Shown here: piece by piece, positions 14,626-29,862 of the stretch
Layout: every line of letters starts with the position of its first letter
Position numbering within the stretch: position 1 is the stretch's first letter
DNA from: Octopus vulgaris
Taxonomy: Eukaryota
Direction of reading: 5' to 3'
Length of the DNA: 64,000 nt
Assembly: GCA_951406725.2 (NCBI GenBank)
Contig: OX597814.1
Location: 46,066,001 to 46,130,000 of the forward strand
Program-made: the position numbers and the translations under genes
Notes under the pieces: model-generated
Database searches by the model: none
What the model saw: only the letters and a program-made list of their open reading frames with translations
What the model was told of the DNA's origin: nothing

Positions 14626-14834
14626 GATTTTTCAAATTTTGGCACAGGGGCAGCAATTTCAAGGGAGGGGATAAGTCAATTACATCAATCCCAGTGTTCA
14701 ACTGGTACTTATATTATTGATCCTAAAAGGATAAAAGGCAAAGTCTACCCTAGTAGAATTTGAAGTAATAGCACAAAGAAAGACTAAATGCCACTAAGCA
14801 TTTTGTTCAGCATGCCAACTCACTGCCTCATCAT
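14626..14834 (-). mobile_element. tRNA-derived SINE with Deu/Nin-like central domain
   Basis: Collinear with copies at 33392 and 61873; flanked by imperfect TSD atacacaaatatt/atatacaaatatt. Confidence 0.85.
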
Positions 14835-16979
14835 ATATACAAATATTAACCACCATTTCACCTGCCATTTCACTCATTCGTTATTTCTGTACTTGATAAA
14901 TGACAAAAATGTATCAGTTGATGAGCTAGTATTTCAAATTCCTTTCATGAGGAAGTGATTTGGTTGCAGTTAAAACTGTTAATTGTTGTTGGTTTTTCTT
15001 TAGCTTGCAAATCACATTGTAAACTTCTATAGCATTTTTATATATTCTTAGTTAAAATAACATGGTCACTATTCCACCAGCTCAGCTACTTCTTGTATAG
15101 CATGTAGACTTGTCTGTTATTTCTAATTTTTTAAAAGCAACGTAATCATTGAATATTTTTAACTTAAAAATCTGAACAAGATCCTTTCAACCATTGGTTC
15201 ACTTTCTTGAGAACCATACAAAATTTAAATTGTTCCAGATTTAATTTATCATTATTACTCAAATCATTGATGACTTTTGCCAGTGTGATTAATGGGCTTC
15301 TCTATGAAAACAATAGTAAACTCAATTGATTACTCTATCTAAAAAAAAGATTGATGATATGTATTTGAAAATCAAAATTAAATTCACATTTTATTGTTTA
15401 TAGCATCTCTTGTTTTTGATTTAACAATGGTTGAAGTAAGCAATGTTTTAGCAAACAATTTTTGTAGACTTGTTTTAAACACTAACAGATGTTGTTGGCG
15501 AATGATTGCAGTAAGAGAACTCTTTATTCTTGCTAAGGATAGGACAACCTCTTTAGTACTGGTACTACAATAAAAATGTGTCCAATATACTCTATAAATT
15601 AGCTGAAGTCATACCAAATATTAGAAAGTATGAGAAAGACATGTTCATCTGAACCTTCTCGGAAGGCAATTCAAACTGCTTTGACCACTACGCATGCACA
15701 CACATACACAAACGCACGCGCACACACACACACACACACAGTGATATCTATGCAACTATCTCATAGATTTATAGATTTTTAGTCTCATGAAAATTATTTT
15801 TGAATATTTATATTGTTCTTAAGAAAACTATTTCTTTTCTTAAGGACAATACACATATTCAAAACCCAATTTTAGCATTTTATCCAGTTGGTGATATATT
15901 GGTAACTTTAGATGTGACTAGATCAGAAAAAGGGTCATTTTGTAAATTTCTTTGAGAGAGAAGTGTTGATTTTAAAAAGTTTTATTAGGATTAAAATTTA
16001 GATGAAATTTTGTTGGGACCCTTATATTATTTGCAATATCAATTTTTGTTTATCTTAATATATCTGTTACACATCTAGTACTATCTAAAATTACTTTATA
16101 AAATTGAGGATATCTATTCATAGAAAGAGCAGATAGTGCTGTAAAACTGCAGTATTAAGTATATGATATATATAATCTAAACTGAAAAATTGTTTTGAAA
16201 TATTTTAAATCAACTTAGAATTTACTTGTTTGAATATAGGCTAATTTCTGAGAATTGTTTAAAAGTATTAGCCATGTCTGGATACATAAAATATTGGAGC
16301 TTATAGTTCAGCCGTTAGTTCAAAATGTGCAACTTGTATTTGTATGGGTCATCTCAGACTGGGATTTGTTTTGAGACAAATGAACTGATAAACAACTGAC
16401 CATAATTGATGACTGGAGTAGAGAAGCTTGCCATTATATAGCTAGAAAATATATGAATATGCTGCATATATGTGTAAGTCTATATAAAGTGCTTATTCTG
16501 TAGATTTGCTGAATGTAGCCACATATTTAGCTCAAATTACAATAAACATTTTGAAAATAAATATTGATATTGCTGCCTTGTTGAGCAGTGTTAATGGTGG
16601 ATGAATGAAATCAAACCAATATTATTGTTCCTGATAATATAGTTAACATGTTTACTAGGCAAAGGAAGTATGGTTAAGTGAAATTTATAAAATCTGGTTC
16701 TGTAGTTAAATGAGCAATTTTTAGACTCATATGATAATCGATGAGAAAATAAACCCACTTCAAACTTGGTATCAAAATATATTTTTCAGGAGAAAAATAT
16801 ACCACTCACACTAAATTACTTTATTTCTTTATTTGTTTCATATCTATAAAAATCCAGAAAAATGGTAATGCATAAATCCTACGTTTTTTAAAATTATTTT
16901 TTCTTTATAAAAGATAATTATGTAACAATATATTGTGTTTTGAATTGATATCATTATTGCTTATTTGTTTATTTTACAG

Positions 16980-17060
16980 CTTGATAATGCTGATGAACAA
17001 GCGGCACAAGTACGCCGAGAGCTTGATGGTAGACTTCATTTAGTTGAACAAATGTCCCGG
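16980..17060 (+). CDS. CADPS: CAPS/CADPS coding exon 1 of window ([27 protein letters not shown]), 81 nt, phase 0/0
   Basis: ttttacag acceptor and gtaagt donor; peptide matches the recalled CAPS motif [19 protein letters not shown]. Confidence 0.95.
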
Positions 17061-17074
17061 GTAAGTCTTACTCA

Positions 17075-17116
<42 letters not shown>

Positions 17117-20100
17117 ATATCTCTTAAACCCATTTATGTGTTTTGTTTAATGTGGTATGTCTGAACTTGACATCCTTGGTTATAAACATATACTCTAAAT
17201 TTAATTTGAAATAATTTATATTTTTTAATCTTTTGATAGTCACTCATACAAAGATCCTGTAACAAAATGCCAGATAAGGTAATTATTTCTCATTTAAAAT
17301 ATAAAAAAAACTCAAGGGCTTAATGGATGTTTAATGGATGTCTTATACTCATCAAAATTGTGTTGTCTAATATTATTCCCCAGAAAATATTTTTTGTACC
17401 AAGACCTTATTACTATTGTTTCTTGTTTTATAATTAGTTTTAATTATTTAATTACTCGTCTATTTTCTTCATATTTAGATTTAATTTGTATTTGCATTGT
17501 AGAATAAAACAGAAATGCTCTTTTTAGTATAATATGATGTATTTTTATTTGAATATGTTCTGTATTTTTGTGGCTGGTTATTGAATAATATGGAATTTCT
17601 GCTGTTGATGATGTCAATCTTAATGCTGTTCTTTTGTAAGCATTTTGATGTACTTTTTGTTTCTGTCTAGAGTCTGTGCTTTTAAGTTACTTTTAAAAGT
17701 TGTGCTTATCATGTATTGTAAACAGTAAACATCATTTATAAGAATTTATGCAGTAAGGGTTATGGTTTATTTCCTTTTTCTGATGCATTGTGTAGAGATG
17801 GCATATGGCATAAAAAAAAAAAATTATGAAAATTGTGAGTTATTGATATATGAACATTTTTTAAAAAGTCTGTTATATAAAGTAAAGTAATATATCTTTG
17901 TTCTAAAGATCTGCAATTAAAAAAAAAAAAAGAAATGAAATCTCTTGGTATTTTGTAGTTTGTATTTATTAAGAGTTAAATTGTTTTTGAAAGAAAATAT
18001 ATTTACAAAATAACTTTAGTGTAAAACAATTTTTTTTTTGTATTTTGTGTTTTTCATGTATGTTGAGTAAGAAAGTTTTGCAATCATTATTAGATATTAT
18101 ATAGTATACCAAGAAAATTAACAGTGAAGTAGTTATATCAGGCATAAGAAAGTTGGATTTCACTGAAATTGTGACATTTAGGATTGGGATGCATGGAAAT
18201 ATACTGTTGTGTAAACTTGTTCAATGCATGTCAGCATGGAAAACATACATTGAAATGGTGATTAAAATATCAATGAAAATATATTGTTATTCTTTTTTTC
18301 CTCCATAGTTTATTCTAGATTGTCTTGAAGAAAAAAGTTAAAGTTGCAATTATAGCGCAATCTTATTCAAAAATTTATAATAATATGTATAACTCCTAAA
18401 TTTGTACATCTAGCTCTTTCAAATTAGTGATAAACAAGAACCAAATATAGTGAACTGCTTTTAAGTGGAATTACATTGGTAAGGACATCACCTTGGAAAC
18501 ACAGGATCTTAACATTCATTTTAATAATTAAGGCATAGGTAATCTACACGTGCAATAATTTGAAACCTGTTTACCTGTAAGACTAAAATATACAGTAAAT
18601 TCAATTTTTGGAAGTTGATAGTTTTGAATGTATCTTATTTTCTCTGTAACTTTGAATGAATCCACTGCATTGTTCTTGTTAGTTTTTTTGGAAAATTGTT
18701 CTGCGACTGATAAATGGTATGATTCTTTCAAATTCATAAATAGCATATTCTGAGTTATTAATAATCATATACTACCTTTCTCAGACATCATATTTGTGAC
18801 TGGTTTATTGTTAAAGTTTCATACACTTGATACATTTCTACAGATAATAGGAAAGCAGGGTATTCTAAAGCATCAGCTTTTTAAAGAAATAATTGTTTTC
18901 AAAGTAAATTTAAATAATTTTAACTTTCTTTTCTCTTAGGTTGATATCTGGTCCTGTTTCATTTCCCTAGCTACCACATATTAATTGAATATATTCTCAT
19001 TCTTTCAGATAGATATGTTTTGCAAGTGTCATTCAACAAATCACACCTTGTTCACCCTGAATAATGATGTAGTATAAGTAACTTTTAAACAAAACTTTGT
19101 AATATAATCAGAAAAATTTGGAATTAACAGGCAAAATAGTTTTGCAAAATGAAGATGGTAGATAACTCCACTATTCCTATTCACATTGAATATTTCTTCT
19201 CAGCATTTATTGCCAAAAAAAAACAAAAATTCTCTATCTCATTTCCTTTTTCCTTATTTGGTCTTCATAGATTGATTTATCTCCACAAAAGTAGTAATCA
19301 CTTATTTAAACCCTACCTCCACCCCCCAGTCAATTCTGATCAGAGATATTCTAATATTTTTTTGTTTATCTGGGAATATGTCATCTAATGTCTTTTTTGT
19401 GACTAAGAAAGAAAAGTTACTATTTTTAGCACTCCGATGATCATGTAGAGGCTCCCTTATTGTAGTTGTATGATGTTGAAATACCTATCTTGATAGGTAC
19501 ACTCTGACTCTGTATATTGGAAAAGTCTCACCTCTCACAATATACAATTTTTATGGCATTGATCATAAAATACTGCCTCAAAAAGTCCCATACAAGTATG
19601 GAAAAATGGATATAATGATAATGTCTAATATAAGCTTATAAATTGAGGAAACACTCAGCTGCTTTTTTTATCATGTTTTAATATGCAGATATTATTCAAT
19701 TTAAAATGTTTGAGTTTGGTTATTTACTATCGGTGGTGCATCAGCATGATCGCAGCTCTGAGATAAAACTACAGAAAAAAAATCTCTGAAACCTTGCTAT
19801 TTCACAATACTATCTTGAATTTTAATGAACCCAGTCTCCTTTGTATCACTAATCAAGTTTATTTCTATTGAAAATTAAGTCAAAAGCTCAGTCTGGCAAT
19901 TATTTTGACAACAGAAAGGAAGGATAGAAGGGTTTGGAGTTTTCTCCCTTACATTAGAGCATTCCTTTTGAAGGAATGTAAACAAGATTAGTATGATTCT
20001 TGTGATATCATGCATTTCAGGTACTGGCTGACTGATACACTCCTGTGTAGTATTGTCATACAGGAAGTTGAGATAAAATTAATTATATTTTATTATAGTG

Positions 20101-23100
20101 TTTTGAATATCTTTTTCTTAAATTCAAAATGCATCTTTTGCTCAGTAAAATGCTTTAGCTTTGTACAGCCTATATATACTCAATTAGATTTACTTTTACT
20201 CTTACAAAAATTGATCAAGAAGTTAAAAGTGAATTATATCTTGTCTTTTTAGTATTATTATTTTGTTATCTAAACAGTCTCAGGATTTCATTTTCCAATG
20301 ATCTAATAATATTAATTTGATTTGCCTAATATTGAAGCTTCATTATCAAGCTTTTACTATGGTATATTTCATCATACTTGTTCAAATTAGATGTTTTTGA
20401 TACTGCCTTATATTACTATCCATTTGGACACAACACTTCATTTATGCTTTTTTTTTTCTTCTACTGTGTGATCTGTTGAAAACCGTTAACTATGTGGAAA
20501 AGAAAAGTAAAACTCCCCAGAAAATTGCTTATATTATTATGGTATCTGTAGATATTTTATCAATTTGTTTAAGAATAACTTCTATATTAGTGAATGTCAT
20601 ATATTATTATGTATATTTTTGGTGTATATTTGTAATTTGCTTAATTTAGTATTTTCAGCAATATTCCAGATCACTAGAATATATTCACTTTTATCATAGA
20701 CATTAGCTTGCTATTTCATTAGTTTTCAGTATACTTCTGAAATAAATTATATTTGACATAATTTTGTTTTTGAATGTGAATATATTTTTTTGTTTTTCAA
20801 ATTATTCAATATATTTCAATTACTAAGATCTTTGATAAAGCAAAAATCTAACTAGATAAGTGTTAAATGGTAAAAAATAATTATGACTTTGAGAAGATAC
20901 CCTGCAGAGCTACCCAACTCCTTATAAAATGATTTTAAACACTAAAAGTTTTGAAATCAAAGGATTATTTGGTGTGTGGATGCTTAAAACTTGTAAGGAC
21001 AACTCATTTTTACTGCTATGGTGTAAATTCTGAACTTGTAGGTGGAGGTGAGCTGCTTTGAGTATGAGTTTGGTCATTCTTTTGGATGCTAGCTGGGATG
21101 TCTGTATGTGTAGCAGTAGTACTTCTCCAAATGCAGGAGCAGAACCCGTTTGTGAGGTCTCATTGAGCTTTGTAGAATATCACTAATTTTGCGGGGATGA
21201 AGTAGCTTTCTGTAGAAGGTAAACAACTGATCAGGGTTAAAGTACTTTATTGATTTAAAGAGGAACCTAGTCTTTGAGATGCAATTTCACAAATGTTATA
21301 AACATGGAGTTGCCATGATAAATACATGACTTCAGTATTTTTTGTTCCAATGGTACTGACATTCTGAGTCTGTTATAAATACAGGCTGATATTATTTCTT
21401 GTATTGACAAAAGAGTATTAATTTTGTGGAGTTTTTTTTTTACTTATTTAGAACTGTATCATGTTTTCATAGGAGTTACAAGCCATAATCACAGCATTTT
21501 GTTGGAAGAACTTTACATGTTATTTTTCAAATGTCTAATGTTATAGTTATCCTTTTTGAAATCAGTCATGAAGTGACTCGCTACAACAAATAGTGCTGTA
21601 CAAACCAGCGGGAAAGCCTCTGCTTGGTTACTGCACCTGTTAAAAATAGCAAACAAATCTCATTTAAATCACACACTTTTCTCATTTAAAAGTATAGGAC
21701 ATACTAGGTAGTACAGTCTAAGATAAACTATGTGAATAGAAAATAGTACAACCATAAATGGAAAGCCTTTGATCATAGCTCTGTTTGGCCTTTGTTGATC
21801 TGAAGTTAAATCATAATTGATAACATAACATTGTGCTGTGTGTGTGTATATATATATATACACACATATAAAGCATTCAGGAACACTGATTTAATATAAC
21901 TTATCCACCATAGATAGTTGCATACAGCAATGGGTACCTGGACATGATTCTTTGGCACCATAAATATAATTCTTTGCATTTGTGATGCCAATATTTTACT
22001 GTCAGATCAACATAGTAAATGCTATTTTGCTGAACTTCCACCTCTGCTAATTAACAGGAACTTATAAATTTGATATTGGTTTCATATTGTGTTTGTTGAA
22101 CTTGTTTGTTGTGCTATTATCACACACCATATTACCTAAAACTCATTATTTACAATATATATTTGTTGCTACATCTATTGGGCATGATAAACTCATATTG
22201 CAAGCCAAAAAAGGACTCGTTAATTCTGTAATAGTATTCTTGCTATTTACAGAAATTTACTTTTTGGTGAAGTGAGTCACCAAAAACTAAATACCTTTGT
22301 CAAAGACAATTGTAACTTCAGAAGCATTGGCCCTTTGGCTTGTCAGGCACATTACGGCTGGTTCAGCTTTAACTACCAATTGTCATTCTTGATTTCTCTT
22401 CAAATATTTAATATTACATTTTATCTTACAAATAGCATTAATTATTGTTAATGCTAGTCGGATTACTCTACTTAACTTGTTTAATATTCTTCATGATTAT
22501 AAACACCTGAACTGATGTGACAAAATATTCTTTTCAATATTTGATTTAAAAAAAATTTCTATGGAAATTTATCATAGAAAATATTGCTTGTTAAAAATCC
22601 ATTATGAAATTATTGCCAAAGCAGTTTTGAGTAAAATATCTTTAATAATATTGCCAAATGATGTCTTCTTGCATAATAGGATAACCTTGTATGACTTTGA
22701 CCAACAATAAAATTCATAATTTTAAATGTTCAAATAGTTTATTCAGTGAGTAAAAGAAGTTTTATTATTAAAATAAAAATTAAGTATTGCCTCCAATTTT
22801 AATATTTTTAATTTGCTTTTCATCATTTCAACATAAACCAAGTTTTTTCTCTTGCCTGTTCTGTAGCACTTAATTGGATAGGGGGTAACTTAAGTGGTTT
22901 GCCAATAATAGAAATGTTACTACTATAGTCATGAAATCATGATTCTCCAGCTAAAATAATTGCGTTTTATTCACGTAATCATTGTGATTTATCATCATTT
23001 AGATATTATAACAGTATATTCCCTTATTGTTGAAGAGCTGATAAAACATCAATATCATGCCAATATGATAGTTTAAATTTACAACAAAAAGAAATGACAT

Positions 23101-25554
23101 CCATTCTTATTCTCTGTTATGAACCAACATCAAGGATCTAATGTGTATAGTTTCAGGTTAAACTCTCTGTATTGTATATTTTGATGAGATATGGTTCCTA
23201 ATGACTGAAATAATTTGTTTTAAACTGTTTATGATATCTAAAATATACTTTTTGTTACTTTCTACAATATTTAATATGTTTAAATTGAGTTGATCATTTT
23301 TAGAGAGTAGTTGATGTTTTGGATTAGTGATTGAGTTATAATAAATCACTTGTTTTGTGGACATATGAAAATTGAAATTGCAAATTAAGGATGAAAGAAA
23401 ACGTGCAAATCTGAAAATAACATAACCTTTGTTTCAATATAAATTGTTCTTTACAAATACAAAATAATGATAATAATAATAATAAAAATTCATTGTTTTA
23501 TTTATTTTCTTTATAATTTCAGATTTATAGTAATTATCTTTGATGTCAACTCATTTTTTAAATTTTTGAATATATGATTTTATTAATTTCTGTTTTCATT
23601 TTGTTGCTTCAATCTTATTAATTCATGTCATAAAGTATCCCATTTGGTTGCTTATTATCTTTCAGTTCTTTGTGTATGCATTTTCTCAGATTTAATACAT
23701 TTCAAGTTTATAGTAGCAATATCATTGTATTAAATGATCTTTTATTAATGAATTGGTATGGAAAACCTGGAATTAATTGGATATGAGTTGTTGGTTGTAC
23801 AATGTGAAATAAATTAGGTGCAGAAGTGTTGAGAAAATTATTGGCTACATTTTAAAATCACAAAGTTTCCTTATTTAATAGTTAAGGAGTAAGTTCATTT
23901 TTCAATTATAAAAAGAAAGTGAATGCACACAGAATGAATGAACTTTGAGAAATAAACTTAAAAAAGATGCAATGAATTCTACTAAGAGAAGTATTGCAAA
24001 GTTGGCTCAAAATAGAATAAAGTAAACAATCTCTGGCTAATTGTTTGAAAGAGAAGGAGCTGCTTTATACAAAGCTGAAACAAAGAAATGAAAGCTCGGA
24101 ACAGCAAACTTCAAGTGAAACATTGCCAATTTGAGTTTTACTATATAGCATCATAGGCAACATAGTCATATAAACAATTATATTTTGCATAAAAGAAGAA
24201 GTTGAGGTATAAACTAAATATTATTTTAATGATGCAACAAAGAAGCAACATATATTAATATCAAAAGCTTCATAATATTTCAAATGAACTGGCAAAAAAA
24301 CATTCAGTGTCATCATCTGGAGCAGGAGAAGCACTAAATTTAAGTTCATGAGTTGCTGCTATGATTTCTCATAAATTAGTTTAGTTATCTAAGCAATATG
24401 TTCAATGTTGAAGCAGGAACCAGCATGTTAATATTGTTAAACTGGTTATAAGAAATTTAAAGACTTGGCCTTTTCATTCATTACTAACAGGTTCCTCATC
24501 TTTTTCTTCTTTTTACAAAAAGTTGATTGCATAATATATGTATTGGAAGTGTGATGGCTCATAGTTGGGGAAGGTAACCAGTAAGACCTAGTTGTAAGAA
24601 AACTATTGCAGCATAATATGATAGCTTTATAATAAAGAGGGGAGGAAGAGTATCTTTATTGTGTTATCTACAAAGAAGTTGTTTTTAAAATTTAGATAAA
24701 TTTACTTTTAATTAATGAAAGCTGAAATCATCAACAAACCATTTTTAATGAAATAAATTTTGTTTTTGTTCTATTTTCAGTTATTTATGGAGTATCTAAA
24801 ATCTTTCTAATTCAAGTTTTCTCCTTTTCTAATTTGTTATTTAAATTTCAATAAAGTTAAGAATTATCTATTTATTTTCATATGCTATTAAATATTGTTA
24901 CAGCAAAAATATTGTTTTAGCGAAAAGTGAATCGCAAAGACTGATCTCTCCATTTAGTCTCAAAATACTTAATTCCCCCACAACTACTAATGCTCTACAA
25001 AGCTCAACTCTACAAAGTCTCATAATTGCATATTATATCTGTATTTGGAATGGTGCTGTTCTTACACATACAGACATCCTAGATCACATAATGAAAAACA
25101 CATACAGTTTCCTATCTTTGCTTTTTCTGCCAATCAACAAAATGGCCTTTGTTCTTCAGAGCTGAAAGTTTCATGCTACCTTAATTCAGACACTTCTGAT
25201 TTTCTTGTCACTAATGTTGTGTCCACCTGCAGGCTTTGCAGTAACCAGCATGCTCTGTCTTTCCTATAAAAATTTCTGGAATTCTATATCCTACCCATGT
25301 TTTCCCTGCAGCCATCAACTTAAAACTGTTCAAGAAGAACTTTAATTGCATCATTCTTGCTAACATCAGAGGCCCTGCAAAGACTTTCTCTTGAACCAGA
25401 GTAAACTAATGAGAAAAAATTAGCTAAAATTAATTACTAAGTTAATTGAATTGACTACACTCACTCAAAAATTTGTGGTTTTATGCAAAAGTTAAAAATC
25501 ATTATTTTTATTTAAAATAATTTTTATTAAGATGTATTATTTTTATATTATTAG

Positions 25555-25720
25555 TGTGGTAGACTAGCAGAATTGTTACAGCATTGGACTAAATGATTTT
25601 ATTTAGTTTTATCTGTTTGTGTCAAATGCCACTAAATCCGACTTGCATTCTTATGGGTTTGATCAAGAAATACCAGTCAAGTATTGAGGTCAGTCTAATC
25701 AACTGTGCTCCTGCTAATAT
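25555..25720 (+). mobile_element. Old copy of the same SINE family
   Basis: gactagcagaattgttacagc...gggtttgatcaagaaataccagtcaagtattgaggtc; another old copy at about 26565-26730. Confidence 0.6.
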
Positions 25721-27329
25721 CACTGATCACTTATTGAGGGATAACTTTGATCACTAAAAGCTCAAGCATTTGACTCTAATTACCAACAAGTAGTGTCTGG
25801 GATAAAGAGTAGTAAGTTAGTTAATTATATATGTGTTTCTTGGTAGTTGGAGTTATATTTTTCTTGCTGGTTTTGCTCATTTAAAATATGATAGGCTTTT
25901 TTGAGCAATGGTGAGTAGATTTTTTTAAAAGTTTTTATCAAAAAATTCTATGTGTGTTACTTTTTTGATTTTGGAAAAGGTTTCCTCTTTCTCTGATTTA
26001 AGATATAAAAAAAAGTATACAAATAAAAGTAATTATTTAAAAAATATTACTTGATCATAAGTGAAAATAGTTTCTGACATTGTTTGAGATGAATGAAGTT
26101 TTACAAATAAATTTGCTTTTGTTATTGCCTTCTATGTCTCTGAAATGCACATCAGACTATACAAATTGGAAGATGTTTTAGTAGCTAATATTAGATCTTA
26201 AATTCTCTTACAATAAAACTATGTTCCTGAATGAAAAGCCACTTGGTATCAATTTGCTTTCCAACAGACATAGGTTGATAAAATAAATACCAAAAAGATA
26301 ATGAAACTTTTTGTCTTTCTACTACAGAAATAGCCTTATGCTCAAGACTATAAATAAGGGCCCACATAAGACTGGACTAGTAATAAAATTTAGACTACCA
26401 AACTCACTACCTTATAATATTTAGTTTTGATACATGCTATACTGCTCAGAATTTTCTGAATTCTATTTTGGTTTCCACCTGGAGGGTGGAAAGGTAAATC
26501 TGAAACCAAAAAATCTTCTCCCCTGTCATAAATTTATGGCCTTGTGCAATGTAAGAAATTAAAGTTGGACAAAATGTCTTGTGGTATTTGTTTACCTTTG
26601 TTTACATTCTGATTTTAAATCCTGCCAAGATCAACTTTGCTATTTATCCCTCTTGGGTTGATAAAATAAAGTACTGGTCTAATACTGGCATCAGTGAATT
26701 CTCCCTTCAAATTTTTAGCTTTGTATCTATTTGAGAAACAATTTCTTGTATTAGAGAGAATTCTGAAAACTGACATTTAATTTTTGGAAATAATGGAATA
26801 AAAATTCAAACTCTTCCTGTCCTATCTGAAGAATAAATGAGACAGACTAAAAATATATAACTATGCAGGTTTTGGTAAAACTGAAATGAAATATATTATA
26901 AAGTAACAACACAATATCAAACTATCATGTACATTGGATATCAAACTGTTGTGTGCACTTTCAAAAGTGAATTATAATATATTGTAATGTGGATAAAGAA
27001 ATCATTATTACTTCTCTTTGCTAATGGCTTTGTGTTCCAGCTCTAAAAAACATATGTAAGTCTACTTAAGAAGGAAAGTTATAAATATAATTAATTTTAA
27101 TTCTTTAATCATCCATTATTTTTCAAGTAAAGTAAACATAGTAAACTTAAATATCAAGGAAAACTTTTGAAATATATGTAGATAATCTTGAGTTCAGACT
27201 AGTCAAAAATAAAAATAACTGATTATAATTTGTGACTACACCAAAAAGAGAGCAACTACTTTGACCCTACAAACTTCTGACCTATCGTACTTATTTCCAG
27301 TATCTTAATGCTAATATGAACAGTTGTCA

Positions 27330-28220
27330 AGTTCATCTTCACCACTTCAAGTCTCTCTCTGCCTCCTCATTGAACATTGGTATGGCTTCCATAGAACCAC
27401 ATCTACCAGAGACTTACTTTTCTATGTCACTCATTTTGCAACCATTGATTGGCATAAAATCCTACTAGTTAAGTCTTTGTTCTGTAACCATTTATCATGC
27501 ATAAGATCTAAAGCTTTGTTAGATACATCATTACAGTATATACTTTATTCTTTAATTACAATATTGTTGTATTCAACAAATCAATGACTCAGTTACTCTA
27601 CATGTCAAAGAAACACTCTTGTGCCTTAAACTTTGTAGTCATGAATCACGGGCAATTTGAACAACCAAAGTTACTCAAATACTTGGCCTTCTAGTCTCTG
27701 ATGATCTTGCATGGCAGCTCCATAGAAAAGACATTGCCAAAGCTTCATCACAAAGATTGAGTTTCGTTTTTAGAGTGTGAAATACTTCAGCCCAGTTGCT
27801 CAGCTTCTACAACACTCGAGTAATAACTGCACAGCAGGATTTTTCTGTTTCTGCATATACTAACACCCTAAACAGAATTTTGAAGAACGTCAACTGGACA
27901 AAGTCAGTGATGAATATGCTTTGAGCACCAGGTCACAGATGCATTCTTTCTTCTCTGCTTGTTTGAATGAAATTCAGTGGACACTGCTCTTGTAAATTAA
28001 GTAGCTGCATACTCTGTCTACACAAGCTTACTTGTCAAACCTATTTTTCCCACATCTCTTACTCTTACAGAATGAAACTTCTTGCTCTTCACATTAAACT
28101 CTTTAACTAATAATTCATTCCAGGACAGTAAACTTTTGGGATTTCTGACAATACTTTGCCAATGAACACCAACTGATGTTCAAACAGAACATCAATCACA
28201 TACATCTTGTTAACCTGGAG
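27330..28220 (+). mobile_element. Highly decayed LINE RT/C-terminal relic (CR1/Jockey-like)
   Basis: LGLLVSDDLAWQLH..IAKASSQRLSFVFR; ttcattccaggacagtaaacttttgg resembles SFIPRT..LWN; similar short relic at about 25020-25360. Confidence 0.5.
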
Positions 28221-28839
28221 GAATATTGAATAGTTATGGGCACTACTCCTCTGACTATCATATTAAAGAAATAAAAGTACAGTGCTGGTTGCTTTCAAGA
28301 AGCAAAATAAGCTTTGGTTACGAAGTTCATTTTGCGGTCATGTGGTTCCTGATTTGGTCCCACTGTCTGGCACCTTTGACAAGAGTCAGCTCTGGGTTCA
28401 GCCCTGTTTTCTTAGTGGAACTGGTATGCAGAAATTGAAAAGCCCTTTGTGCGTGCGTTCTATTCTGTTTTTGATTATTTGAATTCTTCCTTTGAAGGAG
28501 ATAGTTTCTAACAAAAATAATGTCACATTTTAAACTTGAGGAAAATCTTGCATATATTATATATTTACTGTTCTCGTTACAGATTGTATTTGTAGTATGT
28601 GAGTTAATTGGTTGATTTATTTTTCTGAAAACCCTAGCTTATCTAGATTATCACTTAGGCACAAAACCCAAGTGGTATAAATGTGAATTTATAATCTGGA
28701 TACAGAAGCTGGAGGTTTCAAAGCAGTTGTTCATAGTTGTATGCACATATGTATTCATGTATATATATGCTTGTATATATATATATGTATCTGTGTGTGT
28801 GTGTATGTGTATGCATGTGTATGTATGTATATATATATG

Positions 28840-29770
28840 TCATTATTCAGTTTTATTTCAAGATTTCATGCCAATAAAGAAAGAGCCAGTTTCTAACCTA
28901 GATTCAAGGCTCCTTCATTGGAATTTCAGCATCAACAACAGGATATTTTTGTATGTATATATATATATATATGTGCAGATTTGTATGTTTTTTTTATGTA
29001 TGTCTTCTCATGCATATATTTGCATATCTAGACATACTCATATGTACTTAAATGATAAACTTCTGGAAAGTTTTACAGATTTTTACAGTTCCAGTGACAG
29101 CTTAGATTTGTAATCTTTGAATCAACTTTCTCCTTTCTGGTTTTGAAAAGCCTAATTTCTTAATATTGGTATTTAGGCAGTGTGTTACATATCCCAGTGC
29201 CTCAATAGTTACAGCTATAAACCTGAACTTGTAATGTGGATTGAGTAACTGCAGATTTCTCAATAGTTCAGCATATTCTCTTTTTCATTGACCTTCAGCT
29301 TTATGTTAACATCCACAAGGCAACTGTACACAATTTCTTCCCTCTGTTCCAAATCATTATATCAGGTGTATCATGTATACATTTTATTGAGTTTTTCACT
29401 GGGACATTTCACCATACTCCTTTTTATTATGAGAGGCTATGGCTTCCACCATACTGTGGGTTCTTATTTCTTTGTCCTCGTGGTTATCCTTCTGATGGAT
29501 TTCATTATATAGTTTTCTAGTTACATCATGTTTCATTGGTAGATAATACTGTGATGATATTTTCAGATAACTGCTTATGATGTATGTGATATTTTCAGTG
29601 TTAACTCCACAAAGTCTGCACTGGTCGTCACATTTTACTGCGTTTCCTATATCTCTGTCTCCTTTGTGCATCAGGTATTTGGTTGATATTTCCTGTTCCT
29701 GGATTGAAAACTCATACCCTTCAAAGTGGGAGGTAGTAATCCGGATAGACTGCTTTGATGATCAATGTTA
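28840..29770 (-). mobile_element. R4/Dong-like (RLE) LINE 3' fragment embedded in TA/TG microsatellites
   Basis: QCRLCGVNTENITYIISS...Y...KHDV resembles the CCHC knuckle plus RHD motif; C-terminus GTVKICKTFQKF; putative 3' UTR to about 28840. Confidence 0.75.
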
Positions 29771-29808
29771 CTATCATGTTTGTATGTATGTATGTATGTA
29801 TGTATGTA

Positions 29809-29862
<54 letters not shown>

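Noticed and set aside
20444-20548. Possible alternative CAPS exon (poly-T tract, short open frame, gtatct donor-like site)
   Set aside because: No AG follows the pyrimidine tract and there is no similarity to CAPS that I can recognise.
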